Of a DNA stretch of 64,000 nucleotides, positions 24,646 through 36,833 are shown in pieces. Numbering within the stretch: position 1 is the stretch's first letter; the number at the start of each line of letters is the position of its first letter. Origin of the DNA: Bdellovibrionota bacterium (GTDB taxonomy: Bacteria; Bdellovibrionota_C; UBA2361; CAKMMH01); contig JBMNLI010000010.1 of NCBI GenBank assembly GCA_050952645.1, forward strand, positions 64,001 through 128,000, read 5' to 3'. The position numbers and the translations under genes are program-made. The notes under the pieces are model-generated. The model ran no database searches, had not been told where the DNA came from, and was given only the letters and a program-made list of their open reading frames with translations.

Positions 24646-25344
24646 CTACAAAGATGCTCTTACATCTGCAACATCTAAAGCTACTGAAGGACCCATAGTC
24701 AAAGACACATAAGCAGACTTTAAATATACTCCCTTACTAGTTGAAGGTTTTGCCTTATTTAAAGCAACTATTAATGCTTTAATATTGTCTTTTATTTTCT
24801 CCGCACCAAATGAAACCTTACCAACAGCGGCATGCACGATACCCGCTTTATCGGCTCTATAAGAAGCACGCCCTTTTTTAAGCGAGTCTACCATGTTTGC
24901 CACGTCGAAAGTAACGGTTTCTTCTTTAGGAGAAGGCATCAAACCCTTTGGACCTAATATCTTTCCTATTTTTCCTACTTGTATCATCATATCAGGAGTT
25001 GCAACCACTTTATCAAAATCAAGGAATCCACCCTTTATTTTTTCAACAAGGTCATCTCCACCAACTATATCTGCACCAGCATCTTTAGCTTCTATCGCCT
25101 TATCAGCTTTTGCAAATACAGCCACTCTTACCTCTTTTCCTAATCCATGCGGAAGAGAAACACTCCCTCTAACATTTTGGTCAGCTTTTCTAGGATCTAC
25201 ACCGAGAGCCACGACTAACTCAACAGTTTCATCAAACTTTGCTGATGCAAGCTGCACTGTAAGTTCACATGCCTCATCTAAAGTATAGAACTTACCAGCT
25301 TCAACCTTTTCTTTTAATTTTACTATTCTTTTTCCTTTAGACAT
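24646..25344 (-). CDS. rplA: 50S ribosomal protein L1
   Basis: Motifs KFDETVE, LGVDPRKADQNVRG and LGPKGLMP. Confidence 0.98.
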   Translation of the reverse strand: MSKGKRIVKLKEKVEAGKFYTLDEACELTVQLASAKFDETVELVVALGVDPRKADQNVRGSVSLPHGLGKEVRVAVFAKADKAIEAKDAGADIVGGDDLVEKIKGGFLDFDKVVATPDMMIQVGKIGKILGPKGLMPSPKEETVTFDVANMVDSLKKGRASYRADKAGIVHAAVGKVSFGAEKIKDNIKALIVALNKAKPSTSKGVYLKSAYVSLTMGPSVALDVADVRASL

Positions 25345-25404
25345 ATTCACACCATTTTAAAAAATATTTTAAAAAATTAGGTTAAAAATAAATTAACTAT
25401 TAAA

Positions 25405-25830
25405 TTAACTATTTATAGTAATTCCCATACTTCTAGCAGTTCCTACTACTATATTGCAAGCAGCTTCTAGCTCGAAACAATTAAGGTCTTCCATCTTTTG
25501 TTTAGCTATCTCTTTTACTTGAGCTTCGGTAATGCTTCCAATTTTATCTCTATTTGGAGTACCCGAGCCTTTTTGAACGGACGCCGCTTTCTTTAACAAG
25601 TATGCAACGGGCGGTGTCTTACACTCAAATGAAAAAGACCTATCCTTGTATACCGTAAGAACTACGGGCGTTATCTCACCTTGATTGTTTTGAGTTTTCG
25701 CATTGAATTGCTTACAAAACTCCATAATATTTACCCCTTGCTGTCCTAAAACTGGACCAATTGGTGGGGCAGGATTTGCTTTCCCCGCAGGGATTTGCAA
25801 TTTTATTTTTGCTTTAATTTCCTTTGCCAT
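25405..25830 (-). CDS. rplK: 50S ribosomal protein L11
   Basis: [26 protein letters not shown] from the ATG at 25830. Confidence 0.98.
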   Translation of the reverse strand: MAKEIKAKIKLQIPAGKANPAPPIGPVLGQQGVNIMEFCKQFNAKTQNNQGEITPVVLTVYKDRSFSFECKTPPVAYLLKKAASVQKGSGTPNRDKIGSITEAQVKEIAKQKMEDLNCFELEAACNIVVGTARSMGITINS

Positions 25831-25831
25831 A

Positions 25832-26704
25832 TTAACATTTCTCCACTTGTATATAATCAAGTTCAACCGGGCTTGGACGTCCAAAGATACTGATAGAAAC
25901 TACTAACTTACCTTTATCAGGCCTAACCTCTTCGACTACGCCTGTAAATTCGTTAAATGGTCCATCGATAACCTTAACACTTTCTCCCTTCTCAAAGTCA
26001 AACTTCGAGCGAGAAGACATCCCACCCTCCTCGACTTGGGTTTTGATAAGCTCCACGTCCTCTTCTTTTAAAGGTGCTGGATCTGTTGCATCACCCACGA
26101 ACCCCGAGACTTTTGGTGTTCCTTTAACTAGATGCCACGTATCTTGATTTAAACGCATTTGCACTAAAATATATCCTGGAAAAAACTTTTTAGTGCGTTT
26201 CTTCTTTTGTCCTTTAACTACCTCAGTTACGGTTTCCGCAGGGATCTTTATAGTCCCTAAATAATCATCTAGTCCTCTTAATTTAAATCTTTCCTCTAAA
26301 GACTCTTTAGCTTTTTGCTCATACCCTGAATACGTGTGGACTGCATACCAACACATATCAGGAATAACTAAAGCCTTTTCTTCTTTTTCTTTTAGCCTCT
26401 TTTCTCTTTTTTCTCTTCTTTCTTGTTTCTTTTGTTCTCTTTCTTTTGCACGACGCTCCTCTAAGGTTAAAGTAGGTTCCTTGCTTTCTACATTTTCCTT
26501 ACTTTCAGATTGCTCTTTTGCATCTACATTTGAAGCTACATTTGAAGCACACGCATTGTAAGAGGCACAAGAAGCGCCACTACAAGTTTCGCTACTTGTT
26601 TCTTTTAATTCTTTTTCAGCTAATCCTTTTTCAGCATCATTATTATTTTCATTTATATTTTCATTCATATTTTTATTCATATTTTCATTCATTTTTTCAC
26701 TCAT
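25832..26704 (-). CDS. nusG: Transcription factor NusG with a long N-terminal extension
   Basis: [18 protein letters not shown] and the KOW motif VIDGPF; lies between secE and rplK. Confidence 0.95.
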   Translation of the reverse strand: MSEKMNENMNKNMNENINENNNDAEKGLAEKELKETSSETCSGASCASYNACASNVASNVDAKEQSESKENVESKEPTLTLEERRAKEREQKKQERREKREKRLKEKEEKALVIPDMCWYAVHTYSGYEQKAKESLEERFKLRGLDDYLGTIKIPAETVTEVVKGQKKKRTKKFFPGYILVQMRLNQDTWHLVKGTPKVSGFVGDATDPAPLKEEDVELIKTQVEEGGMSSRSKFDFEKGESVKVIDGPFNEFTGVVEEVRPDKGKLVVSISIFGRPSPVELDYIQVEKC

Positions 26705-26930
26705 TATTATAACTTTATTATAACTTTATTATAACTTTTTATTATTATAACTTTAAAAAGAAAACTATAATATTTATAAAATATTTATAAACTAAACAAC
26801 TCTTAAAACAACTTTAAAATAAACTTATCCTTTATAAAAATTTTATACTAAACTTAAATTTTATCTAGCAAATGAAAACGATTAAAACAATAATCTCTTT
26901 ACTAAACTTAACTTTATAATTTTAATTTTG

Positions 26931-27137
26931 CTATTTAAAAATCTTAGGAACTACTGCACCACTTAAAATACTAAAAAAGTAATCGATTACAAAAATCATC
27001 GTTGCAACCATTATAACGATTAATATTACAGCTAGTGCTACTCTCTTCGTTTCTGACATACTAGGCGTGCTTACTTTCTTTAACTCTTTATAACTTTCAG
27101 AAACAAACTCTATCGATTTTGAAAATATATTTGCCAT
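26931..27137 (-). CDS. secE: Preprotein translocase SecE
   Basis: ELKKVSTPS..ET plus a single TM; upstream of nusG. Confidence 0.9.
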   Translation of the reverse strand: MANIFSKSIEFVSESYKELKKVSTPSMSETKRVALAVILIVIMVATMIFVIDYFFSILSGAVVPKIFK

Positions 27138-27334
27138 ATAAATATAATCTTTAAACTAACAAAACATTAAAAAACTCAAGTATAGCACTCGAGTATACAC
27201 AATATAAACGATATAAACAATAACGACAACACAATTTACCAAAAATTTTAAAGAAGAGCAAACGTTCTAAGCAAAATAATTAAAAAAAAATTAATATCAC
27301 TTACCTAATATCACTTACCAACGCCAAAAAAAAA

Positions 27335-28779
27335 TTATATATCATTAACTTCCCAATATCCCGTTCTGTTAGAGCCTACTCTCTTAATATAACCATTATT
27401 TCTTAAATACGATATATTATTTTGAATGGCAGTTTTTTTTAAGTCTAGACTTTCCCCTAACTCCTTTCGAGTAATTTGAGGGTTCTTTTTCATTTCTTCT
27501 AAAATTCTATTTCTCGTTTTATTTAAAACTACCCCATCTCCAAGTTTTTTGGTCACGTTATGGGTCGCTTTATGGGTCACTTTATGGGTCGCTTTATCCC
27601 CCACTTTATCCCCCACATTTATATTATTAATTCTATTAAATGGGATCGTAACGACGATTGAATTCTCTCTAAAGTCAAACGCTTTCTTGCCGTAAATATT
27701 TACAATCGTAGGAACACCTCTTCCCGAGCGTTCACTAATATGAAGCTGAAGGAATATATCTGAAAGCTTTTGATTAACTGGAATTGATACGCCAGAAAAA
27801 AAACCTTCTTTAGTTTGTTTTTTAGGAAGAGAGCCATGAGACAGCACTTCAAGTCTATTATTATAAATAGTAATCATCGGCGCATTCCCATCTACCCATA
27901 AATTATGCACAAATGCATTAATAATTGCTTCTCTATATGCGTTTTGATTAAATAGCGGCACATCATTTCTCATCATCTTCCTATTTTTTTCATCAGCCTG
28001 AACTAAACTAATAACATCGCCATACTCTAACACTTTATCTAAAGATAAAAGAAGACACGTGTTTCTAAACTCCTTAACTGATAAAAGCTTACTTGCTTTA
28101 TTATCTCCTGAAAACAAGGAGACCCTTATGGGTATATGACTATTATCGGATATAAGCTGAGCTAAAAGATTGAACTTGCCATGCTTATTACGCAAAGAAA
28201 GATTTTCTTCAAAAGTTTTTTGTTTTAATACTATACCTTTGCCTGCATAATATGTAAAAAGCCTTTCAAATGTTAATTCTTGGCACTCAGCCTCAATGTC
28301 CTGTATTCTCGTTTTATCCTCACGGAGAATTTCAAACAGCGATGCTTCTCTCTCGGGGTATTTCGCTAAATTAACTTTACTATAGAACCTATTCTTAAAT
28401 AACGTTTCATATCAAATGAAGTAGGTATTTTAGAAGCGGCAGGAATCTCTAAAACAACAACTCTTTTATTTTCAATTTTTATCTCATGGAATGAAAACAA
28501 AATATCTGGAGTTATCTGTCTTGCAAGAAAGTGTTCAAATGGTTCTTTATGAATATTTTGCCGAAAATTAAATTTAGTCCCAATTATCTCATGGCTTTGA
28601 TCATGTATGCCCCAAACTAAATAAGCAAAATCTCCATTGTGAAAAGCAGCAGCATTTGAAAGAGCTGAAATATATTCTCCAACAGCATAAGGCTCAGTCT
28701 GATTCGTTTTAAACTCAAACCATTCTTCTTCTATATCATACTTGATTAGTTTTTTAACTATATTGATATATTTTTCCAT
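27335..28779 (-). pseudogene. AlbA_2/Schlafen + HATPase_c_4 (RecG_C-like) + HTH protein, split by a 2-nt frameshift
   Basis: EEWFEFK, ISALSNA, YREAIINAFVHN, SERSGRGV and IKRVGSNRTGYWEV. Removing one TA at 28381-28384 joins the two ORFs into 480 aa. Confidence 0.85.
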
Positions 28780-28831
28780 AGAAGATTTTTCTTACTCTCA
28801 TTTTTAGAATCTAAAAAATCAAAAATATTTT

Positions 28832-29782
28832 TTAACTTACCTTTACCTTACCTTTTGAAGCTTTTTTAGCCTCTCTATCTGCGTACCATAAAGCGACTGG
28901 GGAAGCAACGTAAATCGTAGAATAGCAACCTATTATAATACCGATAACTAAAAATAAACTTAAATCTCTAATCTCTCCACCGCCGTGCACTAATAGCGCA
29001 AAAGCTGCAAAGAAAGTTAAAATGCTAGTTATAACCGTTCTTACTAGCATTTCGGTAATCGACTCATTTATAATATCCTCTAGCGCGTAATCTTTCGCAG
29101 CAAGCAATTTTTCTCTTATCCTATCGAATATTACTATCGTATCATTTACAGAATATCCTAGAAGAGTTAGCGCCGCTGCTAGCGTTGCCATACTTATAGT
29201 TTCTCCTAGCATTAAGTATACCCCAAGCCCTATAAAAACATCGTGAAAAAGTGCAACTACAGCCCCTAAGGCGAATGCGAACTCAAACCGAACGGAGATA
29301 TATATTAAGATTCCAATTACACTTATAGCGATCGCAATTTGTGCCTGTCTTCTTAACTCTTTTCCAGCTGTAGGACCTACATAGTCTATCTTTAATATTT
29401 CAAAAGAATCCTTTTTCTTATCTCCTTTAAAAATATTTTTATTAAAAGAATCTCTTAATAAATTTTTTATCTTTTCCGTATCCTTCTCTTCATTTGAAAG
29501 TTTTAGCAGAAACTCATTCGAGTTATCGAAAGCTTGAACTACTGCATTTTCAAAATGAGCCTCATCTAGTGCATCACGAACATCTTGGCTTGCTACTGCA
29601 TCATCATCAAACTTTACGATAATCTCATACCCCCCTCTATAATCTATGCCATACTTATCATCTCCTCTTGCAAACCAAACTGCAAGAGAAACTACTAAAA
29701 GTAGAGTTGAAAAAAACATTGCTACTTTTGAGTGTGATAAAAAATCGATCGTTTTCTTAGGTACAAATATTCTTCTAAACAT
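28832..29782 (-). CDS. secF: Protein translocase subunit SecF
   Basis: Motifs GIDYRGG and GYSVNDTIVIFDRIRE. Confidence 0.97.
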   Translation of the reverse strand: MFRRIFVPKKTIDFLSHSKVAMFFSTLLLVVSLAVWFARGDDKYGIDYRGGYEIIVKFDDDAVASQDVRDALDEAHFENAVVQAFDNSNEFLLKLSNEEKDTEKIKNLLRDSFNKNIFKGDKKKDSFEILKIDYVGPTAGKELRRQAQIAIAISVIGILIYISVRFEFAFALGAVVALFHDVFIGLGVYLMLGETISMATLAAALTLLGYSVNDTIVIFDRIREKLLAAKDYALEDIINESITEMLVRTVITSILTFFAAFALLVHGGGEIRDLSLFLVIGIIIGCYSTIYVASPVALWYADREAKKASKGKVKVS

Positions 29783-29801
29783 TTTTTTTATTTCCTTAAA
29801 A

Positions 29802-31340
29802 TTAAATAGATAACGTATTGGTTTTCTTATTTTTCAATTCAAATATTGAAAAAGCTAAGCGACTTGCAAAGGTTGCACAATAAAGAGTAGTTAGCACGCC
29901 TATCGCTAGAGTTACCGCAAAACCTCTTATAGGGCCAGTCCCAAAATAATATAAAACTATGCCAGTTAGAAGCGTCGTAAGGTTCGAGTCGATAATCGCC
30001 GAAAACGCCTTATCAAAACCTGCCTCCACTGCAGCATCTCTGCTTGCCCCTTTTAATAGTTCATCTCTAATTCTTTCAAAAATAATAACATTAGAGTCAA
30101 CCGCCATACCGATAGTTAACGCTAAACCTGCTAGCCCTGGAAGTGTTAAAGTAGCTCCAAAAGCTGAAAGCAAAGCTAGTATTAGTATTAAACTTAAAGC
30201 TAGACTACAAACTGCGACAAACCCACTTTTCCTATAATACACCACCATAAAAATTATCACAGCTGCAAAGCCTATTAGGATAGCCTCAACACCTTTTTTT
30301 ATCGAATCTCTACCTAGAGATGGGCCAACGGTTCTTTCCTCTATAACTACGAGTGAAGCAGGAAGCGCCCCAGCTTTTAAAATAACTGAAAGCTGTTTTG
30401 CCTCTTCTAAAGAAACGCCAGATATACTTGCTCTACCACCTGCAATGGCATCTCTTATAACTGGTGCAGAATAAACCACATTATCTAAAATAATTGCTAA
30501 TCTTTTTCCTACATTATTAGAGGTTATTCTATAAAAAGTTCTCCCTCCCTCAGATGTAAAAGTTAAGGCGATCTCTGGTTGTCCCATCGTGCTATCGAAT
30601 GCAGGGCGTGCATCTTGTATAACATCACCCGTCATTAATGATGTATCTGATACTCTATAAGAATTCCCCTCTTTATCCTTTAGCACTACACTTCTTGCTA
30701 CCTCTTCAGACCCTCCATCTACAACTATTCTAAACTCAAGTTTAGCTACTGAACCGATAACCTTTTTTAAACTTTCAACATCGGATACCCCTGGCATTTG
30801 AAGCGTTATGGCCGTTTCTCCTTTTCTTTGAATTACAGGTTCTGCAACCCCAAACTGATCCACCCTATTTCTTAACGTCTCTAGCGATTTTTGAACTGCT
30901 GTGTTTTCAATCTCTTTTGTTGCATTGTTATTTATTGTATAAACTAAATTTACTTGTTCTCCACTAGTTATTTCTTCTCTTACGAAAACTAGCTCTGGAA
31001 AGTTTGATTTTATTTTTTCTTGAGAAACTTTAGATGTAGATTTATTTAAAAGCGTAAAATATATCTGATTATTCTTCTCTACATAAGCTCTTAGAACTGG
31101 CACTTTAGCATTTCTAAGCTCCGTTCTTGCAGAGTTTGCAATACTTTGAAGTCTCCCCATAACGGCTTCACGAACTTGCACATCGTAAACTAAGTGCGCT
31201 CCGCCTCTTAAGTCGAGTCCTAAAGAAATCGGCTTAGAAAACCAACTTTTAGTTTTAAAAAAAGTAGGAACTAAAAGTAGTATAGCTACAACTAAGATGG
31301 TTAAAAATACGATCGTTCTATTCTTTACATCACTACTCAT
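29802..31340 (-). CDS. secD: Protein translocase subunit SecD
   Basis: Motifs LGLDLRGG, RVDQFGVAEP and GMAVDSNVIIFERIR. Confidence 0.97.
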   Translation of the reverse strand: MSSDVKNRTIVFLTILVVAILLLVPTFFKTKSWFSKPISLGLDLRGGAHLVYDVQVREAVMGRLQSIANSARTELRNAKVPVLRAYVEKNNQIYFTLLNKSTSKVSQEKIKSNFPELVFVREEITSGEQVNLVYTINNNATKEIENTAVQKSLETLRNRVDQFGVAEPVIQRKGETAITLQMPGVSDVESLKKVIGSVAKLEFRIVVDGGSEEVARSVVLKDKEGNSYRVSDTSLMTGDVIQDARPAFDSTMGQPEIALTFTSEGGRTFYRITSNNVGKRLAIILDNVVYSAPVIRDAIAGGRASISGVSLEEAKQLSVILKAGALPASLVVIEERTVGPSLGRDSIKKGVEAILIGFAAVIIFMVVYYRKSGFVAVCSLALSLILILALLSAFGATLTLPGLAGLALTIGMAVDSNVIIFERIRDELLKGASRDAAVEAGFDKAFSAIIDSNLTTLLTGIVLYYFGTGPIRGFAVTLAIGVLTTLYCATFASRLAFSIFELKNKKTNTLSI

Positions 31341-31385
31341 AACAATCTATCTCCCTTATAATAAAAACTTTAAATTGAATTTTTT

Positions 31386-31608
31386 GACTCTTCACGTTTT
31401 AAGTGGGTTAAAGACCTTAAAATTAGTATTACTCACCCCACACGCCCAAAAGAAAATTGACTTTCAAGAAATTTGCATCAAATAAATTAACTTTAAATAT
31501 AGCTGTAATTTTTTTTTGAAACTATAACTAGTTTGATAAAAAAGTCAATTTTCTTTTAAGCTAACCTAAAAAAACAATTTTTCTAACCCACCTAAAACGT
31601 GAAGAACC
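31386..31608. mobile_element. MITE family copy A
   Basis: TIRs GACTCTTCACGTTTTAAGTGGGTT / AACCCACCTAAAACGTGAAGAACC, internal IR AAAAGAAAATTGACTTT...AAAGTCAATTTTCTTTT, and ATTTTTT on both flanks. Confidence 0.85.
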
Positions 31609-31633
31609 ATTTTTTTTACTTAACCCCTTTTTG

Positions 31634-32038
31634 CTAAACCTTTGCTACTAAGGCATTTTTTTTAAACTTAACTTTTGTGCCTTGAGAAATTTCTAACATT
31701 ACAAAATCTTCATCGATAGAGCTTACTTTTCCATAAATACCACAAGAGGTTACTACTTTATCGCCCGACTTTAAACTTTCAAGCATTTCTTTTCTTTGCT
31801 TATTTATTTGTTCTTGAGGGCGAGTTACGAAAAAATAAAATATAAAATATATGATTATACATAAAGGTAGCATTTGGAGCATAGCTTCAAGCATAGTTGG
31901 AGTTTTAACATTTTGAGCAATTGCGTTTGAAGCAATTTCGTTTTGAGCAATTGTAGTGTTAGCTACCACGTTATCTTGAGCTAATGCTGGCAAGATAAAA
32001 AACAAACTTAAAATAAAACTATAAAGAAATTTTTTCAT
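31634..32038 (-). CDS. yajC: Preprotein translocase YajC
   Basis: FYFFVTRPQ and LKSGDKVVTSCGIYGKV; between tgt and secD. Likely start is the ATG at 32038. Confidence 0.92.
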   Translation of the reverse strand: MKKFLYSFILSLFFILPALAQDNVVANTTIAQNEIASNAIAQNVKTPTMLEAMLQMLPLCIIIYFIFYFFVTRPQEQINKQRKEMLESLKSGDKVVTSCGIYGKVSSIDEDFVMLEISQGTKVKFKKNALVAKV

Positions 32039-32128
32039 AAAATACCTATTTTTTTTAAACGGAAAAATAAACTGTTTATAATTATACATAATTAAGATTA
32101 TTTTTAAAAGTGGCTTAAAGTAAGATAT

Positions 32129-33244
<1,116 letters not shown>

Positions 33245-34384
33245 CTAAATATTTCCTACTATTATTCCATCGCCATAACTTAAAAATCTAAAATTATTAT
33301 TTAAAGCGTAATTATACGCACTAGATAAAAAATCTTTTCCCATAAAAGCTTGCACTAATAAAATATGACTAGTAGCTGGCTGATGAAAATTAGTGACCAT
33401 AACATCAACATTTTGAAATTTAAACCCTGGGGCTATAAAAAGCGATGTGCTAAAAAACTCACCATCTACCGCATTTTTTTCTAATGCCATAGACTCTAGA
33501 GCCCTTATAACGGTAGTTCCAACTGCCACAACCTTTCCGCCGTTTTTACGAACCTTACCTATTTTCTCTATTACATCTTTTGAATATATATAAAACTCTT
33601 CCCCTGGGAGTGCCGAAACATTCATATCGCTTTCAGCATTACTTTTAGTATTACTTTCATTATTATTTTCATTATTATTTTCATTATCATTATTATTATC
33701 ATCATCATTATTATTATTATTATTGTCTTTCCAAAGAGGTAAAAAACTAGGCGTTCCAACGTGGAGCGTTATAAACTCTTTTCTTATTCCCTTTTCATCT
33801 ATTTTCTCTAAAAGCTCTTTTGTAAAATGGAGACTTGCAGTAGGAGCAGCCACAGAGCCTGCAATCTTTGCGAAAACCGTTTGATAATCTACCTTATCTT
33901 GAGAATCTGAAACGCCCTTTCTTATATATGGTGGAATTGGCATTATGCCCTTTTCCCATATTTCATCTTCACTATACTCTTTAAAGCTAATAAGAATCTT
34001 TGCATCTTCTAAAACTTCCTCTGTTTTAAAGACCAAACGCTCATCTATTTTAATAAGTCTGCCCTTTTTAAATTTTTTAAAAGGCTTTCCTAGTGCTTCC
34101 CATAAATTATTATTTATTTTTTTAATAAGCAAACACTCTACCTTAGCTCCCGTCTCGATAACCCCGAAAAACCTAGCGGGAATAACCTTAGTATCGTTAA
34201 AAACGATCATATCTTTTGAAGATAAAAAATCTGTAATATTAAAAAAATTACTTTCACTAAGTTTTTTACTCGCCATATCACAAACTAAAAGCTTTGCATC
34301 GTGAAAAGGCCGCTTAGGTCGATCTGCGATACGCTCTTTAGGTAAATCGTAAGAAAATATATCCGTTCTTTTTATTTGTAACAT
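33245..34384 (-). CDS. queA: S-adenosylmethionine:tRNA ribosyltransferase-isomerase
   Basis: Motifs NDTKVIPAR, PPYI, GSVAAPTASLHF, TNFHQP and FLSYGD. Confidence 0.96.
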   Translation of the reverse strand: MLQIKRTDIFSYDLPKERIADRPKRPFHDAKLLVCDMASKKLSESNFFNITDFLSSKDMIVFNDTKVIPARFFGVIETGAKVECLLIKKINNNLWEALGKPFKKFKKGRLIKIDERLVFKTEEVLEDAKILISFKEYSEDEIWEKGIMPIPPYIRKGVSDSQDKVDYQTVFAKIAGSVAAPTASLHFTKELLEKIDEKGIRKEFITLHVGTPSFLPLWKDNNNNNNDDDNNNDNENNNENNNESNTKSNAESDMNVSALPGEEFYIYSKDVIEKIGKVRKNGGKVVAVGTTVIRALESMALEKNAVDGEFFSTSLFIAPGFKFQNVDVMVTNFHQPATSHILLVQAFMGKDFLSSAYNYALNNNFRFLSYGDGIIVGNI

Positions 34385-34506
34385 CTTTTTTTTAAAACTG
34401 CCTAAAGAGAAAGAAAAAAATTTATTCTTAAAATAAAACTTTTAAAAACTATTACTTTAAATTGTTTTTTGCAATTATTTTTTATTTTTATTTTTGTAAT
34501 CGATTT

Positions 34507-35256
34507 TTATTGCTTATTTTTAATACTAATTCTATCTAATAGATCGATTGGCAAAGGAAACACTACAGTAGAGTTATTTACAGTAGCAATCTCTCTTAAT
34601 GTTTCTAAATATCTAAGTTGCACTGAAATTTCTTCCTCTCCCATAATTTTAGCAGCATCTCTTAATTTCTCTGCAGCTTGGTATTCACCTTGTGATTGAA
34701 TAATTTTAGCACGCCTTTCTCTTTCAGCCTCAGCCTCTTTTGCCATCGCTCTTTGCATCTCAACAGGCAAGTCTATATGCTTCACCTCAACCATCGAAAC
34801 TTTTATTCCCCAAGGGTCTGATTGAGTGTCGATTATATTTTGAATCTTATGGTTTACTTCCTCTCTTTTGGAAATAAGCCCGTCTAAGTTCACCTCACCA
34901 CAAACACTTCTTAAAGTAGTTTGTGCTAATTGGCTAGTTGCATATAAGTAATTTTCTACTTTTATTAAAGCATTTTCTGGAGTCATAACTCTAAAATATA
35001 AAACTGCATTAACTTTCACCGAAACGTTATCTTTAGTAATAACGTCTTGCGTAGGAATATCCATGGTAATGGTTCTTCCATCAATTTTTATAAGTTTTTC
35101 AAAAAACGGAATAACTATCTTTAGCCCTGGTCCTACGGTTCTTTGATATCTTCCTAAAAAGAACACGACACCACTTTCCCATTCTTTAAGAATATATATG
35201 GATTCTTTAAAAATAAATAATAATAAAATTACTAAAACTATCATACCTTGCAACAT
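34507..35256 (-). CDS. Stomatin/slipin SPFH protein
   Basis: Motifs [35 protein letters not shown] and QLRYLETL. Confidence 0.93.
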   Translation of the reverse strand: MLQGMIVLVILLLFIFKESIYILKEWESGVVFFLGRYQRTVGPGLKIVIPFFEKLIKIDGRTITMDIPTQDVITKDNVSVKVNAVLYFRVMTPENALIKVENYLYATSQLAQTTLRSVCGEVNLDGLISKREEVNHKIQNIIDTQSDPWGIKVSMVEVKHIDLPVEMQRAMAKEAEAERERRAKIIQSQGEYQAAEKLRDAAKIMGEEEISVQLRYLETLREIATVNNSTVVFPLPIDLLDRISIKNKQ

Positions 35257-35342
35257 TTTAACTTCTCCTTTAAAAAATTAATTAAAACTTAAAACTTAAA
35301 AAACGTGAAAGAACAAAAAACTACTCTTTGTTTTTCTATTCT

Positions 35343-36833
35343 TTATTTTTCTATTTTATTTTCTTCTTTATTCTCTTTATTTTCTATTTTATTTTTTTCT
35401 TTATTTTCTACTTTATTTTCTACTTTTACAACCTTCAAAACTAAATTACTCTCATTTCCTACGACTATTACTCTATCGCCTTTTTTAATACTCTCGCTAG
35501 AAACTGCACTCCAATAAGCGCCATCTAAAAAGACTGTGCCTTTGTTCACGCTACTGTTTTTTGCACTTGTAAAATCCACCGTTATGGTTCCGATAACACC
35601 TATTAAAGACTCAAAACCAACCTTAGCCTTTCTTCCCATCGCCTTTACAAAAGATGCCGCTACTAAAATAAAAAACAATGCTAGTGCTATAATACTTGGT
35701 AAAATAACCCAAGGATTGATAGATAACTCTGGAAAATTTGATAAGTCTACTAAAGACAAACTCCCTATAGTTATAGCAATCACACCAAAAATACCGAAAA
35801 GCCCACCTGATACATGCGTTTCTATAACGATCATTAAAAAACCTGCTATAATTAAGATTAATGCTCCAACACTTATCGGAATCACTTGATTTACGATCAT
35901 AGCTAAAATTAAACAAACGCTCCCTAAAAGCCCTGGGAAAATCGCCCCTGGATTATAAAGCTCTAACGCTAGCCCAAAAACGGCTCCAAGCCATAAAAGC
36001 ACTGCAATACTAGGGTCAGATAAAACGTTTAGCATCTTATCTTGCATAGACATTTCATATTCTTTTATAGGCAAGTTTGAGAAACCTTTAAAGGAAAAAT
36101 CTTTATTTTTGAATTTTATAACTCTTCCCTCTAAAGTTTTTAATAAGCTAGGAGTATCATCTGCAATAAAGTCTATAACATTTATTTCTAAAGCTTTAGA
36201 GGCAGTTATAGAAACACTTTTTTGAACGGCTTCTTTAGCCCACTTAGTGTTTCTATCCCTAGTTTCAGCGATAGACTTTATCATTGCAACGGTCATATTT
36301 TCAACCTTTTCTCTCATGTCACCTTTTATATCTTGCCCAGAGCCTGCAACTGGGTGAGCAGACCCAATGCTAGTTCCTCTAGACATAGCAGCAACGTCTG
36401 CCGAAAGCGTTATAAAAACGCCTGCCGAGGTAGCGGAAGCACCATCTGGAGTTATAAACACTACGACTGGAATCTTTGAATCAAATATCTCTTTAACTAT
36501 TTTTTGAGCCGAATGCAAGACTCCCCCCATCGTATCTAGATATACTATCACTGCCTTTGCTCCTTGCTCAGTCGCTTTCTTTAATGATTTGCTAAAATAA
36601 GAGGCAGTCCCAGGGAGAATAAGCGTTCTCATATCGACCTTAGCTATAAAAGGCTCGCTATCTTTTTTATCACTAAATTTATCACTAAATTTATCACCTA
36701 ATTTATCACTAAAATTATCGCCAAAAATAGCCTTAGCTTCTTTAATACATACAATTGAAAAAATAAAAAAAACAAAAATAAATATGAAATTTAAAAATTT
36801 TAAATTGCGAATATTTTTAAATATATTACTCAT
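35343..36833 (-). CDS. Long NfeD (ClpP-like serine protease domain, stomatin partner)
   Basis: LDTMGG, ATSAG, GTSIGSAHPV, TM region and OB domain; the likely ATG at 36833 overlaps the upstream TAA. Confidence 0.92.
   Translation of the reverse strand: MSNIFKNIRNLKFLNFIFIFVFFIFSIVCIKEAKAIFGDNFSDKLGDKFSDKFSDKKDSEPFIAKVDMRTLILPGTASYFSKSLKKATEQGAKAVIVYLDTMGGVLHSAQKIVKEIFDSKIPVVVFITPDGASATSAGVFITLSADVAAMSRGTSIGSAHPVAGSGQDIKGDMREKVENMTVAMIKSIAETRDRNTKWAKEAVQKSVSITASKALEINVIDFIADDTPSLLKTLEGRVIKFKNKDFSFKGFSNLPIKEYEMSMQDKMLNVLSDPSIAVLLWLGAVFGLALELYNPGAIFPGLLGSVCLILAMIVNQVIPISVGALILIIAGFLMIVIETHVSGGLFGIFGVIAITIGSLSLVDLSNFPELSINPWVILPSIIALALFFILVAASFVKAMGRKAKVGFESLIGVIGTITVDFTSAKNSSVNKGTVFLDGAYWSAVSSESIKKGDRVIVVGNESNLVLKVVKVENKVENKEKNKIENKENKEENKIEK

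Noticed and set aside
27550..27615. 12-bp repeats (VGDK/ATHK) as a novel feature
   Set aside because: Such tetrapeptide linkers before the HTH are common in this protein family.
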